Part shown: positions 47,996 to 58,294 of the stretch, piece after piece
Layout of the letters: every line of letters starts with the position of its first letter
Position numbering within the stretch: position 1 is the first letter of the stretch
Made by a program: the position numbers and the translations under genes
The notes under the pieces: generated by a model
The model's database searches: none
The model's input: the letters and a program-made list of their open reading frames with translations, nothing else
Told to the model about the DNA's origin: nothing
Assembly: GCA_964437335.1 (NCBI GenBank)
Contig: CAYTGL010000006.1
Location: 24,523 to 88,522, forward strand
Direction: 5' to 3'
Length of the DNA stretch: 64,000 nt
Source: an uncultured Chromatiales bacterium
GTDB lineage: Bacteria > Pseudomonadota > Gammaproteobacteria > SZUA-140

Positions 47996-48496
47996 TCAGT
48001 ATGCCGGCGTTTTGTTGTCGCGCGCCGGCAGGGCCCCGTGACTGTTGAGATTCCTGTGAATCTGATTTGGATTCAGCCGGGCCAGATCCTTTGCGACCTC
48101 GCGCACTTCAATCTTCTTGCCCGGCGGAAGCGTCAGGGTCTCCCGAAGAAACCCGAGCATGCGGTTTGCCGCGACCAGCACCAGGCACTTGACGCCGTTG
48201 TGCCGGGCGAGTTCTTCGGCCGCCGAAGCGATGCGCTTGGCAAAACGCCGGGTCACCTCGTCGTCATGACTGTCGCGGTGATCGTCATAGCCGTGGGCGG
48301 CGCCACCCCGCACGGTGTTGCGGCCGCTCCTGGCCTCGGTCCAGGTCTCGCGACCGGATAACGACGCCTCGGGATTGACCAGGTCATTGCGCTCGACCAG
48401 GTTGGGCCCGGATTCCATCTCCGGGACTGCGGCTGCCTCGAGAGTGAAAAAACGAGCGCGAGAACTGTCCACGACCACCACGCAGTAATCACTCAT
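47996..48496 (-). CDS. Host-attachment (eRF1-like) family protein
   Basis: VVVVDSSRARFF, LVLVAA.RMLG.LR and KDL. Confidence 0.85.
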   Translation of the reverse strand: MSDYCVVVVDSSRARFFTLEAAAVPEMESGPNLVERNDLVNPEASLSGRETWTEARSGRNTVRGGAAHGYDDHRDSHDDEVTRRFAKRIASAAEELARHNGVKCLVLVAANRMLGFLRETLTLPPGKKIEVREVAKDLARLNPNQIHRNLNSHGALPARDNKTPAY

Positions 48497-48533
48497 ACAT
48501 TTTCCTCCCTGCTGAAATGATTCGAAAATCCGT

Positions 48534-48638
48534 TTACTGCCCGATCAGCCCCGTTGCATAGAGCATCAGCACCAGTGTCGCGCTGCCGACTATCATCATG
48601 ATTAATATTAGAAAAATTGCAAATATTGCACGTCCCAT
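48534..48638 (-). CDS. 34-aa hydrophobic micro-ORF (MGRAIFAIFLILIMMIVGSATLVLMLYATGLIGQ)
   Basis: Starts 6 nt after the upstream stop and is entirely hydrophobic, but the RBS is weak. Confidence 0.4.
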   Translation of the reverse strand: MGRAIFAIFLILIMMIVGSATLVLMLYATGLIGQ

Positions 48639-48644
48639 CGGTTT

Positions 48645-49055
48645 TCATGTTCCGCTGGCGGTTCGACGGCCGGCGACATGGGCATCGAGCAGGTGGATCG
48701 GATGACCCGCCGGCGGACAGTAGGTCCACAGCGGCAGGCGGTCGGAAGAATCGAGCGGGATGGCCATGTCACCGCCACAGGTGGGGCAGGCCCCGGTGGC
48801 ATGGTCGTTGACCTCGGTCACACGATACCGCATCAGCGCAAGGATCGGCCCCGCCAATAATAACGAGGGCACCAGTACGAAATGCGCGACAGGGATCAGT
48901 ACCGCCATCACGGCGAGCAGCCACATCACCCCGAGCATGACAAGGGCGCGCAGAATCCGATCCTTGACGCTGAATTTTCTGACATACAGGGTGCCTTCAG
49001 CACCCCCGCCCCTGTCATTTTCAATCACGATAGGCCGGGTTTCGGATATAGCCAT
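48645..49055 (-). CDS. Hypothetical 2-TM protein with a zinc-ribbon-like C-terminus
   Basis: TM hairpin followed by CPTC...CPPAGH. Confidence 0.7.
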   Translation of the reverse strand: MAISETRPIVIENDRGGGAEGTLYVRKFSVKDRILRALVMLGVMWLLAVMAVLIPVAHFVLVPSLLLAGPILALMRYRVTEVNDHATGACPTCGGDMAIPLDSSDRLPLWTYCPPAGHPIHLLDAHVAGRRTASGT

Positions 49056-49151
49056 CTACACAGTCTTCCATCCTGGCGCGACCCGTGAACAGCCAGGTTC
49101 CTGATCCAATATACACAGCCGCCCGGCCCCAACGCAAACCACCCGCCGGCA

Positions 49152-49179
49152 TTGACAGTCACCGGGCGGATGTTAGTCT
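49152..49179 (+). promoter_or_regulatory. Putative sigma70 promoter TTGACA-16-TAGTCT for asmA-mutY-yggX
   Basis: Perfect -35 hexamer and a TG-extended -10. Confidence 0.55.
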
Positions 49180-49220
49180 GCTGAGGCGAACTACAGACGT
49201 TTCCGGATAATTAAACAGCA

Positions 49221-51353
49221 ATGATCAAACGAATTTTACTCATCTTGGGCCTGCTCCTGCTGCTCGTGGTCGCGGCACTGATCACCGCGGTGATTCTGAT
49301 CGACCCCAATGATTACAAGGACAGAATCCAGGACATCGCCCGCAAGCAAACCGGACGCGAGCTGGAAATCGTCGACGACATGAAACTGTCGGTGTTCCCG
49401 TGGATCGGGGTCGAATTCGGAGCGGTCAGGTTTGGCAATGCCGAAGGCTTTGGGCCCGAACCCTTTGCCCGCATCAGCAGTGCACGGGTCAAGGTGCGCC
49501 TGCTCCCGTTGTTCAGCCGCAGGATCGATGTCGACACGATCACGCTGCTTGGCCTTGAGGTGCGCCTCGCGACCGCCGCCGATGGCCGCAGCAACTGGGA
49601 CGACCTGAGCGGGGCGACGGTCGACCCGGCCGCCAAACCGCCACCATCACCTGCCGCGGGCGCACCAGCCGATGCCGCATTCGCGCTGCCCGCGATGCTG
49701 ACGATCAGCGGCCTCGATATTCGCGATGCCGCGGTCTACTGGCGCGATGCCGCCGGCGGCACCGCGTTCGACATCACCGGTTTCAATCTGCAGAGCGGCA
49801 AGATCGAGGCAGACCAGCCGGTCGATCTCGAACTGGATTTCGGTTTCCGCTCCGGCGAGCCGGCGCTCGACGGGCATTTCAGCCTGGCGATGCGCGTCAC
49901 CGCCCACTATGCCGATGAATTCTTCCGGATCGAGAACCTGCGCCTGAAGAGCCGGCTGAACGCCGACATGCTGCCGGTACGCCCGATGACCGCCGAGTTC
50001 GAAAGCAATATCGCCATCGATCTCAAGCGCGAGACGATCGAGATGCCGGCGTTCACGTTATCGGTCCTCGGGCTGAGGGCGACCGGCGGATTGCGCGGCC
50101 AGGAGATCCTCGACGAACCCCGCCTGGCAGGGACGCTGGAAATTGCCGGATTCAAGCCGCGTGACCTGCTGGCGGCGCTCGGAGTGGACCCGCCCGAGAC
50201 CGCCGATCCCGCAGTCATGACCCGCGCCTCGCTCGCGCTGGCCTTCGACGCGGGACCGGAGCATATGAACGCAAGGGACATCCGGCTCGGACTCGACGAC
50301 AGCACGCTGCGCGGCAGCGCAGGCATTCGTAACTTCGACGCGCCGGCAGTCGTATTTGATTTCGAACTCGACCAGATCGATGCCGACCGCTATCTTCCAC
50401 CCGGCGAGGAGGCTCCGGTCGTGACCCCGGCGACCGCGCCGGCGGCCGCGCTCGAGTTGCCGATGGAGACCCTGCGCGAACTCGACATCGACGGCAAGCT
50501 CGCGATCGGACGACTCAAGTTCAGCGGCCTGACGCTGACCAATTTCCGGCTGCAGACCCGCGCAAAGGATGGCCTCATCGCAGTCGCGCCCATCGGCGCC
50601 GAACTCTATGGCGGCCGCTACGCGGGCAACATCAGGCTCGATGCGCGCGGCGATGTCCCGTCGTTCTCGATCGATGAAGCAGTGACCGGCGTGCAGTCCG
50701 AGCCTTTGTTAAAGGACATGCTCGACCTCGACCTCGTCAGCGGCATCGCCGACTTCCGTATCCGGGCGACCGCGCGCGGGGCGAGCGATGCGGAGCTGCG
50801 CCGCAGCGCGAGCGGCAACGGGAACTTCAGCTTCCGCAACGGCGCGGTCAAGGGCTTCAACACGGCGCAGATGATTCGCGAGGTAACCGCGCGCCTGCAG
50901 GGCAAGCCGCCGCCGGCGAATGTCGCGCGCGAAACCGATTTCACCGAACTCACCGGAAGCCTGCAGATCGGTAACGGCCTCGTGCGCAACGAAGACCTGA
51001 GCGCAAGTTCCCCCTACCTGCGTCTCATCGGCAGCGGTCAGGTTGATATCGTCAATGAGCGCATAGACTACCGCCTGAATGCGCGAATCGTTGACACCTC
51101 GACCGGCCAGGGCGGCGCCGGCCTCGACAGCGTCAAGGGTATCGATGTCCCGGTACGGATCACCGGCGCACTGATGGCGCCCGACATCCGTATCGATGCG
51201 GATTTTCTGCGCAATCTGCTGAAAGACAAACTCGCACCCCAGGTCGAGAAATTGCGCCAGGAAATCGAGCAGAAGGTAGATACACAGAAGCAGGATCTCA
51301 AAAAAGAACTGCAGGACGAGGTCGACAAACAGTTGAAGAGGCTGTTGCGTTGA
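49221..51353 (+). CDS. asmA: AsmA family protein
   Basis: DPNDYKDRI, LSVFPWIG and T.F.EL.GS..I.NG...N.DL; synteny with mutY. Confidence 0.92.
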   Translation: MIKRILLILGLLLLLVVAALITAVILIDPNDYKDRIQDIARKQTGRELEIVDDMKLSVFPWIGVEFGAVRFGNAEGFGPEPFARISSARVKVRLLPLFSRRIDVDTITLLGLEVRLATAADGRSNWDDLSGATVDPAAKPPPSPAAGAPADAAFALPAMLTISGLDIRDAAVYWRDAAGGTAFDITGFNLQSGKIEADQPVDLELDFGFRSGEPALDGHFSLAMRVTAHYADEFFRIENLRLKSRLNADMLPVRPMTAEFESNIAIDLKRETIEMPAFTLSVLGLRATGGLRGQEILDEPRLAGTLEIAGFKPRDLLAALGVDPPETADPAVMTRASLALAFDAGPEHMNARDIRLGLDDSTLRGSAGIRNFDAPAVVFDFELDQIDADRYLPPGEEAPVVTPATAPAAALELPMETLRELDIDGKLAIGRLKFSGLTLTNFRLQTRAKDGLIAVAPIGAELYGGRYAGNIRLDARGDVPSFSIDEAVTGVQSEPLLKDMLDLDLVSGIADFRIRATARGASDAELRRSASGNGNFSFRNGAVKGFNTAQMIREVTARLQGKPPPANVARETDFTELTGSLQIGNGLVRNEDLSASSPYLRLIGSGQVDIVNERIDYRLNARIVDTSTGQGGAGLDSVKGIDVPVRITGALMAPDIRIDADFLRNLLKDKLAPQVEKLRQEIEQKVDTQKQDLKKELQDEVDKQLKRLLR

Positions 51354-52552
51354 GCCGAAAGGCTGGGTTAGAACAGCAGCGCGGCGCCGTACCGGCATTT
51401 TCCGCACGCCTGCTCGCGTGGTTCGACGACCATGGCCGCAAGGCGTTGCCCTGGCAGCGCGACCCGACCCCGTATCGCGTGTGGGTGTCCGAGATCATGC
51501 TGCAGCAGACGCAGGTCGCGACCGTTGTCCCGTATTTCACGCGCTTCATCGCGCGTTTTCCCGCTGTCGCCACACTCGCCGATGCGCCGCTCGACGAGAT
51601 CCTGCGCCTGTGGTCGGGGCTCGGCTACTACGCGCGCGCGCGCAATCTGCATCGCAGCGCGCAGATCGTACACGCGGAATACGGCGGTGAATTCCCCGAC
51701 GATATCACTGCGCTGCAGGACTTGCCCGGCATCGGGCGCTCGACGGCAGGCGCAATCCTGGCGCTCGCGCTCGACCGGCGCCACCCGATCCTCGACGGCA
51801 ACGTCAAGCGCGTACTGTGCCGTTATCATGCGATCGCCGAATGGCCGGGACGGCCGGCAGTCGAGAAGCGCCTGTGGTCTCTCGCCGAGGCCGCGACGCC
51901 GCGCAGGCGCGTGCGCGACTACACCCAGGCGATCATGGATCTCGGCGCGACCTTGTGCACCCGCACCCGGCCGGATTGCGCGCGCTGTCCGCTTGCAGAC
52001 GGCTGCGCCGCGAACGCGGAACTGCGGCAGACGGCCTACCCGGCCCCGCGACCGAGGATTGCGCGCCCGGAACGCCGCGCGACGCTGTTGCTGCTGACGA
52101 ATCCCGCCGGCGACATCCTGCTCGAACGCCGGCCGCCGGCCGGGATCTGGGGCGGTTTGTGGAGCCTGCCGGAGGCGCCCCGCGAACATGAAGACATCGA
52201 CGCGATCCGGGCATGGTGTGCCGATGCGCTGCATTGTCGCGTCGACACGATCGAGGACCTGCCCGAGATCCGCCACGGCTTCACGCACTTCGTGCTGACG
52301 ATTCGGCCACTGCGGGTTCGCGCCATCGATCTCGGCCGCATCATGGAGGGGGACCGACGCGTCTGGTACAATGGCGCCCGGTCGCACGCTTCAGGCGCGG
52401 CAGCGACGGGGCCCGGTTTGGCGACGCCGGAGTTGGGCATGGCGGCGCCGGAATTGGGCATGGCAGCGCCGGTCAAACGCCTGATCAGGCAGTGGTTCGA
52501 TTCACAGGAGGCGGTTGATGTCCCGCAAGGTTCATTGCGTCAAGCTGGGTAA
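51350..52552 (+). CDS. mutY: A/G-specific adenine glycosylase
   Basis: [34 protein letters not shown] and the Fe-S motif [17 protein letters not shown]. Confidence 0.98.
   Translation: MSRKAGLEQQRGAVPAFSARLLAWFDDHGRKALPWQRDPTPYRVWVSEIMLQQTQVATVVPYFTRFIARFPAVATLADAPLDEILRLWSGLGYYARARNLHRSAQIVHAEYGGEFPDDITALQDLPGIGRSTAGAILALALDRRHPILDGNVKRVLCRYHAIAEWPGRPAVEKRLWSLAEAATPRRRVRDYTQAIMDLGATLCTRTRPDCARCPLADGCAANAELRQTAYPAPRPRIARPERRATLLLLTNPAGDILLERRPPAGIWGGLWSLPEAPREHEDIDAIRAWCADALHCRVDTIEDLPEIRHGFTHFVLTIRPLRVRAIDLGRIMEGDRRVWYNGARSHASGAAATGPGLATPELGMAAPELGMAAPVKRLIRQWFDSQEAVDVPQGSLRQAG
52427..52468 (+). repeat. 21-bp in-frame tandem repeat inside mutY
   Basis: ccggagttgggcatggcggcg followed by ccggaattgggcatggcagcg, encoding PELGMAA twice. 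Confidence 0.85.
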
Positions 52553-52793
52553 GGAGGCCGAGGGCCTCGCCTACCTGGTCTATCCGGGCGCACTCGGCAA
52601 GCGCATCTACGACAACGTCTCCCAGGAGGCGTGGCGCATGTGGCTCGGCCACCAGACCATCCTGATCAACGAAAACCGTCTGTCGCCGATCGAGCCGCGC
52701 GCCCGCGAATTCCTCGAAAAAGAAATGGAAAAGTTCTTCTTCGGCGAAGGCTCCGTACTCCCCGACGCCTTTGTCCCGCCCGACAAGAAGTAA
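52515..52793 (+). CDS. yggX: Fe(II)-trafficking / oxidative damage protection protein
   Basis: RKVHCVKL...YPG.LGKRIY.NVS.EAW..W..HQT.LINE.RL. Confidence 0.96.
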   Translation: MMSRKVHCVKLGKEAEGLAYLVYPGALGKRIYDNVSQEAWRMWLGHQTILINENRLSPIEPRAREFLEKEMEKFFFGEGSVLPDAFVPPDKK

Positions 52794-52799
52794 TCATCA

Positions 52800-52835
52800 A
52801 AAGGGTCAGACCCTATTAATGGGGTCTGACCCTTT
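52800..52835. repeat. Inverted pair of REP-like units
   Basis: AAAGGGTCAGACCCT-ATTAAT-GGGGTCTGACCCTTT between convergent yggX and the FGE-fold gene. Confidence 0.85.
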
Positions 52836-52842
52836 ATATATG

Positions 52843-53862
52843 TCATCTTGCGTCCTTGGCGCAGCGAAAGCCGACATCGGTGCTGACCATCTCCGGTTCG
52901 GCGTGGGAGCGGCGCGCGGCGCGGAAGAAGACGCTGAGCGCGTAGTGACCGAGCCCGGCGCCGCCGCCGCGCACGACCTTGCGCTGCTGTCCGTAGGCCT
53001 CGTGCCAGAATTCCGCGCCGTCATACGGCAGATACCAGTCCGCGACCCATTCCGAGACATTGCCGCCCATGTCGTATGCCCCGTATGGCGACGCATCGCC
53101 GGGGTGTGATCCGACAGCGGCGAGCACGTCGTCGCCTTCCGCCTGATCGCCGGAATTTGCGTTACCGTGGGCCCATTCCCTGCCCCACGGAAATTCGTTA
53201 GCGTCCGGACCACGCGCGGCCTTCTCCCATTCGGCCTCGGTCGGCAGTCGCTTGCCGCGCCAGTCGCAATAGGCCTCTGCGTCGAACCAGTTCACCGCGG
53301 TCACCGGTAGCCGGTCGCGTTCACGCTGGATCCGCGTCATCTCCGCCAGCAGTTCCTCGCGATTCATCGCCGAGGGATCGCGGCCGAAGTCGAAATAATC
53401 CTCGGCGATCCAGCGCAGGTTATTGACGTGCGCGCTTTCGAGTTTTGCGTCGTCGACGTTGTAGGCGTTCTGTATCCATGCGGCCGGCTCGGGATGGCCG
53501 GTCTCCTTGACGAAGACCCGGTACTGCGCATTCGTGACTTCGAACTCATCGATATAGAACGCGTCGAGACGAACCCGGTGCTCGGGGTGCTCGTTCAGAA
53601 ACAGGTCGATCGCGAATCCGTATCGCTCCCGCAGGCCTTCGTCGTCGATGCGATTGCTGCCCATGACGAACTCCCCGGCCGGGATCAGCACCATGCCGGT
53701 AACCGGCGGGGGGGGAGCAACTTCGGGTGCTCGACCACATCCGGCCAGCGCCAATACCGCGGCAACGCCGATCGCGATGCACAGGCCCGATTTGCCTGCA
53801 ACTTGACTCGACGCGCCACGGGCGGGTCTAATACGCGTTCGCCTGTTCGGGCGCCTGGGCAT
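52843..53862 (-). CDS. FGE-sulfatase-fold lipoprotein
   Basis: Lipobox LALAGC, IPAGEFVMGS, EVTNAQY, RLPTEAEWEKAARG and GFRCAKD. Start inferred at MPRRP because the longer ORF runs antisense through tRNA-Phe. Confidence 0.85.
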   Translation of the reverse strand: MPRRPNRRTRIRPARGASSQVAGKSGLCIAIGVAAVLALAGCGRAPEVAPPPPVTGMVLIPAGEFVMGSNRIDDEGLRERYGFAIDLFLNEHPEHRVRLDAFYIDEFEVTNAQYRVFVKETGHPEPAAWIQNAYNVDDAKLESAHVNNLRWIAEDYFDFGRDPSAMNREELLAEMTRIQRERDRLPVTAVNWFDAEAYCDWRGKRLPTEAEWEKAARGPDANEFPWGREWAHGNANSGDQAEGDDVLAAVGSHPGDASPYGAYDMGGNVSEWVADWYLPYDGAEFWHEAYGQQRKVVRGGGAGLGHYALSVFFRAARRSHAEPEMVSTDVGFRCAKDAR

Positions 53863-53894
53863 CTCGTCAACGGGACGAAAACCCGGTCTCCGGC

Positions 53895-53970
53895 GGCCAG
53901 GTAGCTCAGTTGGTAGAGCAGGTGACTGAAAATCACCGTGTCGGCGGTTCGATTCCGTCCCTGGCCACCA
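53895..53970 (+). tRNA. tRNA-Phe(GAA)
   Basis: ggccaggtagctcagttggtagagc, anticodon arm ggtga-ctGAAaa-tcacc, ggttcgattcc and an encoded CCA end. Confidence 0.97.
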
Positions 53971-54168
53971 ACCCCCTCCGTTGCTGACTCCAGAAATCAT
54001 TCGACAAGCACAATTGATTGTGTAAATCTTGGACTGTAACTTATTGAACCATATAACGGTAACGCGCAGGTCCCGGACATTCTAATATGATATAATCGGG
54101 CCTTGCCATCTGTGTTGCGAATGCAACCGCAGGCAATCCGTTGTGCAACATCCCCAGCGGGCGGGTCG

Positions 54169-57100
54169 ATGCAAACCAACAACAGCTTGAGCATAACGCG
54201 CCTAGGCGCCATATTGCTGTTCCTGGGGATCTTTGCGCTTCCTCTCCCGTCGTTCGCGTTCGTCTATGCCGTCGACCCCAATTCCGCCGACCTTGTCGAT
54301 GCCGATACCACTGACGGCAACTGTAACACCTCCGCAAACACCTGTACGCTGCGCGCCGCAATCCAGCAGGCAAATGCGTGGCCCGGACACCACACGATCG
54401 TACTGCCGGCCGGCACATACTCACTGGCCATCCCGGGCCGCGGCAACACCAATGCCGCAACCGGCGACCTCGATATCACCGGCAACCTGACGATTCGCGG
54501 CGCAGGCGCCGGCGTCACGATCATCAATGCAGGCGGCATCGACAGGGTATTCGATATCAACCAGGGCGTCAGCGCCGAGATCTCCGGCGTCACGATCACG
54601 GGCGGCCAGGTCGGCGAACCGGGCGGCGGCGTACGAAGCCAGGGCACTCTCGTTCTGAGGGACAGCATCATCACCGGTAATTTCAGCGAACCGATCGGCG
54701 GACCGGGCGGCGGCGGTATCTATCACTTCTCGAGCAGCCCGACCACACTGACGCTCGTGCTGGAACGGGTCACCGTCAGCGCCAACCGGGCCGACAATAC
54801 CGCCGTCGTCGGCGAACGCTTTCCGGTCAATGGCGGAGGCATCGCGATACAGGGCGGCATGGCCAATATCAGCCATAGCCGCATACTCAACAATGAAGCG
54901 ATATCTCCGCTGTTTCCGAATGCCGCCGACGGTGGCGGCATCCATATCAACGGAGCCACCGTCAACATCAGCTACAGCACGATCAGCGGCAATTTCGCGA
55001 ACATGCATGGCGGCGGTATCTGGAATTTCAGCAGCGGCGGTCCCGTCAGCAGCGCCAGCGGCGAACTGACGATCGATAACAGCACGATCAGCGGCAACAC
55101 GGCCTATCAGGGCGGCGGAATATATGATGACGGCGCCGCGGGCGGCCAGAATAACCTGGTCAGAATAACGCGCATCACCAACAGCACGATCAGCGGCAAC
55201 ACGACGCAATCCCCGGGTCAATCGTTACCGCCGCCGACATCCGGCGGCGGCATTCTTCTGCGGAAACCCGCCAGCCTGCTCAACACGACCATCTCCGGCA
55301 ACACAGCAGGCGCAGGCAGCGGCATTTTCATCAACGACCTGGTCCAGGGCGCGGTTGAACTCAAGCATACGATCATCGTCAACCAGTGCTCGCCGGACGG
55401 TTCGAACAGATTCACCTCGCTCGGTCACAACATCGATTCCGGATCGACCTGTAACCTCGGCGCTGCCGGCGACCAACCGGGCGTCAATGCACAGCTCGCG
55501 GCGCTTCTGCCGAACCGGGGCGGACCGACCGCGGTACATGTGCCGAACCCCGGCAGCCCGGTCATCGACGCCGGTGACAATGGCGCTTGTCCCTCGCTTG
55601 ACCAGCGCGCGTTCCCGCGCCCGGCGGACGGCAATGGCGACACCACCCAGCAGTGCGATATCGGCGCCGTCGAGGTCACGCCACCCGGCGTCGATGTCGC
55701 CGACCTCGCCGTTGAAATCACCGACAGTCCGGACCCGGTTGCGATCAACACGCCCCTGACCTGGACGGCCATTGTCACAAACCAGGGCCCTCAAGCTGCG
55801 ACCGGAGCGAATCTTGCGTTCACGCTGCCGGGCGGCGTGAACGGCGCTGCCGCGACGAATTGCACGATCAACGGTGCGGCGGTCGACTGCGGCCTCGGCA
55901 CGCTGCAGCCGGGTGACAGCATTGTCAGGACGATCTCGGCCAGTCCAGGCACTAACGGCACGCTGACCGCCAGTGCGACCGCGACCGCGAACCAGAACGA
56001 TCCGAATCCGCTCAACAATACCGATCTCGAGCAAACCACCGAGGTCTACACGCCGACCAACGTCACGATCACGACCGGCGCCACGACAACCGGCATCGTC
56101 GTCCCGGTCGGCGGCGGCGCGGACACCACCGGCACGATCAACGACGGCGCCACGATCATCGCCGGCCAGCCGTTTACCTATACGCTGACGATCGGCAGCC
56201 AGCCGGCGGCGGCGAATAACGTCGTCGTCACGAACACGCTGCCACCGACCGTGACGGTGAATTCGCACAGCACTTCGACCGGAGTCTGCGTACAGTCGAG
56301 CCAGGTACTCACCTGCAATCTCGGCAACCTGCCTGCCGGCAATGCGGTCGCGACGATAGAGATCGTGGTGACCCCGAACCAGCGCGGCCTGATCGCGAAC
56401 CGCACGACCGCCAACTTCGACGGCACCTTCATCACCTCGGCGCCGCGCGACGAATTCTCGATCAACGTCGACACCCGCGCCGACCTGTCGGTGTCGATGA
56501 GCGGCATCCCGGGCACGGTACTCGTTGGCGCCGACCTCGGCTACAACACGACCGTCAGGAATAACGGCCCGTCGCCGGCCAGCGCGGTGCAGCTGGTCTT
56601 CAATCTCGACGCCACTCTCGAGTACAACGGGGTGACGGCAAACGGCTGGAGCTGCGCCCATGACAGCGGCACGGTCACCTGCACCCGCGCCATCCTCGCG
56701 GTCAACGCACAATCAACGATTACCGTGTTCGCATCCCCACCCTCGGCTGGCCAGATCACCTCGGTCGCGACAATCGCGGGCACTGACACGGATGTGAACC
56801 TGAGCAATAACACTGCGTCCGTGACGACGACGGTCGAGACCGGCATAGTACTGGCCCCGAACCTCTCAGTCAGCCTGAGCGACAATCCGGACCCGGTCAT
56901 CACCGACAGCAATGTCGCCTACACGGCGGTGGTATCCAACATCGGCACCGATGCCGCCGCCAGCGTGACCGTGAACTTCTCGATACCGGCGAACACGACC
57001 TATGTTTCGGGCAGCTTTGGTTGCGCGCAGAACGGCGACTTCGTGGCCTGCGACATCGGGCAGCTCAACGCCCAGCAGAATGCCAGCATCACCATGGTCG

Positions 57101-57549
57101 TGCGCACCGGTCAGACCGGCGAGATCGAGACGACCGCGACCGCGCTCGACAGCCAGGGACGCGATCCCGACCTGACGAACAACTCCGACACCGAGACCAC
57201 GACCGTCACCGCGGCGCCCGGCCCCGGCCCGAGCAGCGGCAACAGCGGCTGCTTCATCGCAACCGCGGCCTGGGGCAGCTATCTCGACCCGTCAGTCGCC
57301 GTGCTGCGCGCGTTTCGCGACGAATCCCTGATGACGAACGCGCCGGGGCGCGCCTTCGTTGCCTGGTATTATCGCGTCTCGCCGCCGATCGCCGATTTCA
57401 TTGCCGGCCACGAGGCCCTGCGCACTGCGACCCGCTGGGCGCTGACACCGGTCGTCTATGCCGTGCAATATCCGGCGCCTGCGGCACTGCTGTTCGGCCT
57501 GCTGTTGTTCGGTGGATTGACTCGCAAAAGATCCGCCGTTCGCGGCTGA
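54169..57549 (+). CDS. Large secreted/surface protein: CSLREA-type N-terminus, beta-helix / choice-of-anchor Q-like region, four DUF11-like repeats and a CFI-box C-terminal domain
   Basis: [17 protein letters not shown] repeats, GSPVIDAG...DQR..PR...CDIGAVE, repeated DL.V...D.PDPV/V.N.GP motifs, and [12 protein letters not shown]...LRAFRD...YYRVSPPIA before a terminal TM helix. Confidence 0.9.
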   Translation: MQTNNSLSITRLGAILLFLGIFALPLPSFAFVYAVDPNSADLVDADTTDGNCNTSANTCTLRAAIQQANAWPGHHTIVLPAGTYSLAIPGRGNTNAATGDLDITGNLTIRGAGAGVTIINAGGIDRVFDINQGVSAEISGVTITGGQVGEPGGGVRSQGTLVLRDSIITGNFSEPIGGPGGGGIYHFSSSPTTLTLVLERVTVSANRADNTAVVGERFPVNGGGIAIQGGMANISHSRILNNEAISPLFPNAADGGGIHINGATVNISYSTISGNFANMHGGGIWNFSSGGPVSSASGELTIDNSTISGNTAYQGGGIYDDGAAGGQNNLVRITRITNSTISGNTTQSPGQSLPPPTSGGGILLRKPASLLNTTISGNTAGAGSGIFINDLVQGAVELKHTIIVNQCSPDGSNRFTSLGHNIDSGSTCNLGAAGDQPGVNAQLAALLPNRGGPTAVHVPNPGSPVIDAGDNGACPSLDQRAFPRPADGNGDTTQQCDIGAVEVTPPGVDVADLAVEITDSPDPVAINTPLTWTAIVTNQGPQAATGANLAFTLPGGVNGAAATNCTINGAAVDCGLGTLQPGDSIVRTISASPGTNGTLTASATATANQNDPNPLNNTDLEQTTEVYTPTNVTITTGATTTGIVVPVGGGADTTGTINDGATIIAGQPFTYTLTIGSQPAAANNVVVTNTLPPTVTVNSHSTSTGVCVQSSQVLTCNLGNLPAGNAVATIEIVVTPNQRGLIANRTTANFDGTFITSAPRDEFSINVDTRADLSVSMSGIPGTVLVGADLGYNTTVRNNGPSPASAVQLVFNLDATLEYNGVTANGWSCAHDSGTVTCTRAILAVNAQSTITVFASPPSAGQITSVATIAGTDTDVNLSNNTASVTTTVETGIVLAPNLSVSLSDNPDPVITDSNVAYTAVVSNIGTDAAASVTVNFSIPANTTYVSGSFGCAQNGDFVACDIGQLNAQQNASITMVVRTGQTGEIETTATALDSQGRDPDLTNNSDTETTTVTAAPGPGPSSGNSGCFIATAAWGSYLDPSVAVLRAFRDESLMTNAPGRAFVAWYYRVSPPIADFIAGHEALRTATRWALTPVVYAVQYPAPAALLFGLLLFGGLTRKRSAVRG

Positions 57550-57552
57550 ATC

Positions 57553-58182
57553 ATGGCCGGAACGACGGCGGACTGGGATACTCGTTACGCCGCGTCCGGG
57601 AACCTGTTCGGCGATGACCCGAGCCCGCTGTTGCTCGAACACAGCGATCTGCTGCGCCCTGGCATGGAGGCGCTCGCTGTCGGCGACGGGGAAGGACGCA
57701 ATGGCGTCTGGCTCGCGCAGCAGGGGCTGCACGTCCTGTCGGTCGATCTATCCCCGCTTGCGCTCGCGCGCGCGCGTGCACGCGCCGCAGGCCGCCAGGT
57801 CGAGATCGCGACGCTGTGCGTCGATGTCCTCGAATGGGACTGGCCGGTCGCCGCCTTCGATCTCATCGCCTGTATCTTCGTCCATTTCCCGCCCGACCGG
57901 CGCCCAGCCATCTACAAGGCGATGATCGACTCGCTGAAACCCGGCGGCCTGCTGATGCTCGAATCGTTTCACCGCGATCAGATCGCGCGCGGCACCGGGG
58001 GCCCTTCCGATCCGGCGCTGCTGCCCGACCTGCATGAACTCGAGGAAGCCTTCGCCGGCTGCCTGATCCTCGGCCTCGAGCAGACGGAAACCGACGTCTT
58101 TGTCGACGGCAGATGCCAGGGCGAAGGCACGGTAATCCATCTGCTTGCCCGCAGGCGATCACCCGCCCTGCATACGCCTTGA
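57553..58182 (+). CDS. Class I SAM-dependent methyltransferase
   Basis: WDTRY, LAVGDGEGRNGVWLA, VDLS and LKPGG. Confidence 0.9.
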   Translation: MAGTTADWDTRYAASGNLFGDDPSPLLLEHSDLLRPGMEALAVGDGEGRNGVWLAQQGLHVLSVDLSPLALARARARAAGRQVEIATLCVDVLEWDWPVAAFDLIACIFVHFPPDRRPAIYKAMIDSLKPGGLLMLESFHRDQIARGTGGPSDPALLPDLHELEEAFAGCLILGLEQTETDVFVDGRCQGEGTVIHLLARRRSPALHTP

Positions 58183-58294
58183 CATCGACCGGAACTGAAG
58201 ACGAAAATCCCTGATAAACCACTGATATAATCAAACTCAACGAATTCCGGTGCGGATGCGCCGGACCAGCCCGGCCGGATACGCGGACCTGCGC

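Noticed and set aside
52843-54000. 385-aa version of the FGE-fold ORF
   Set aside because: Its N-terminal part (WWPGTESNRRHGDFQSPALPTELP) is the antisense reading of tRNA-Phe, so the start was moved downstream.
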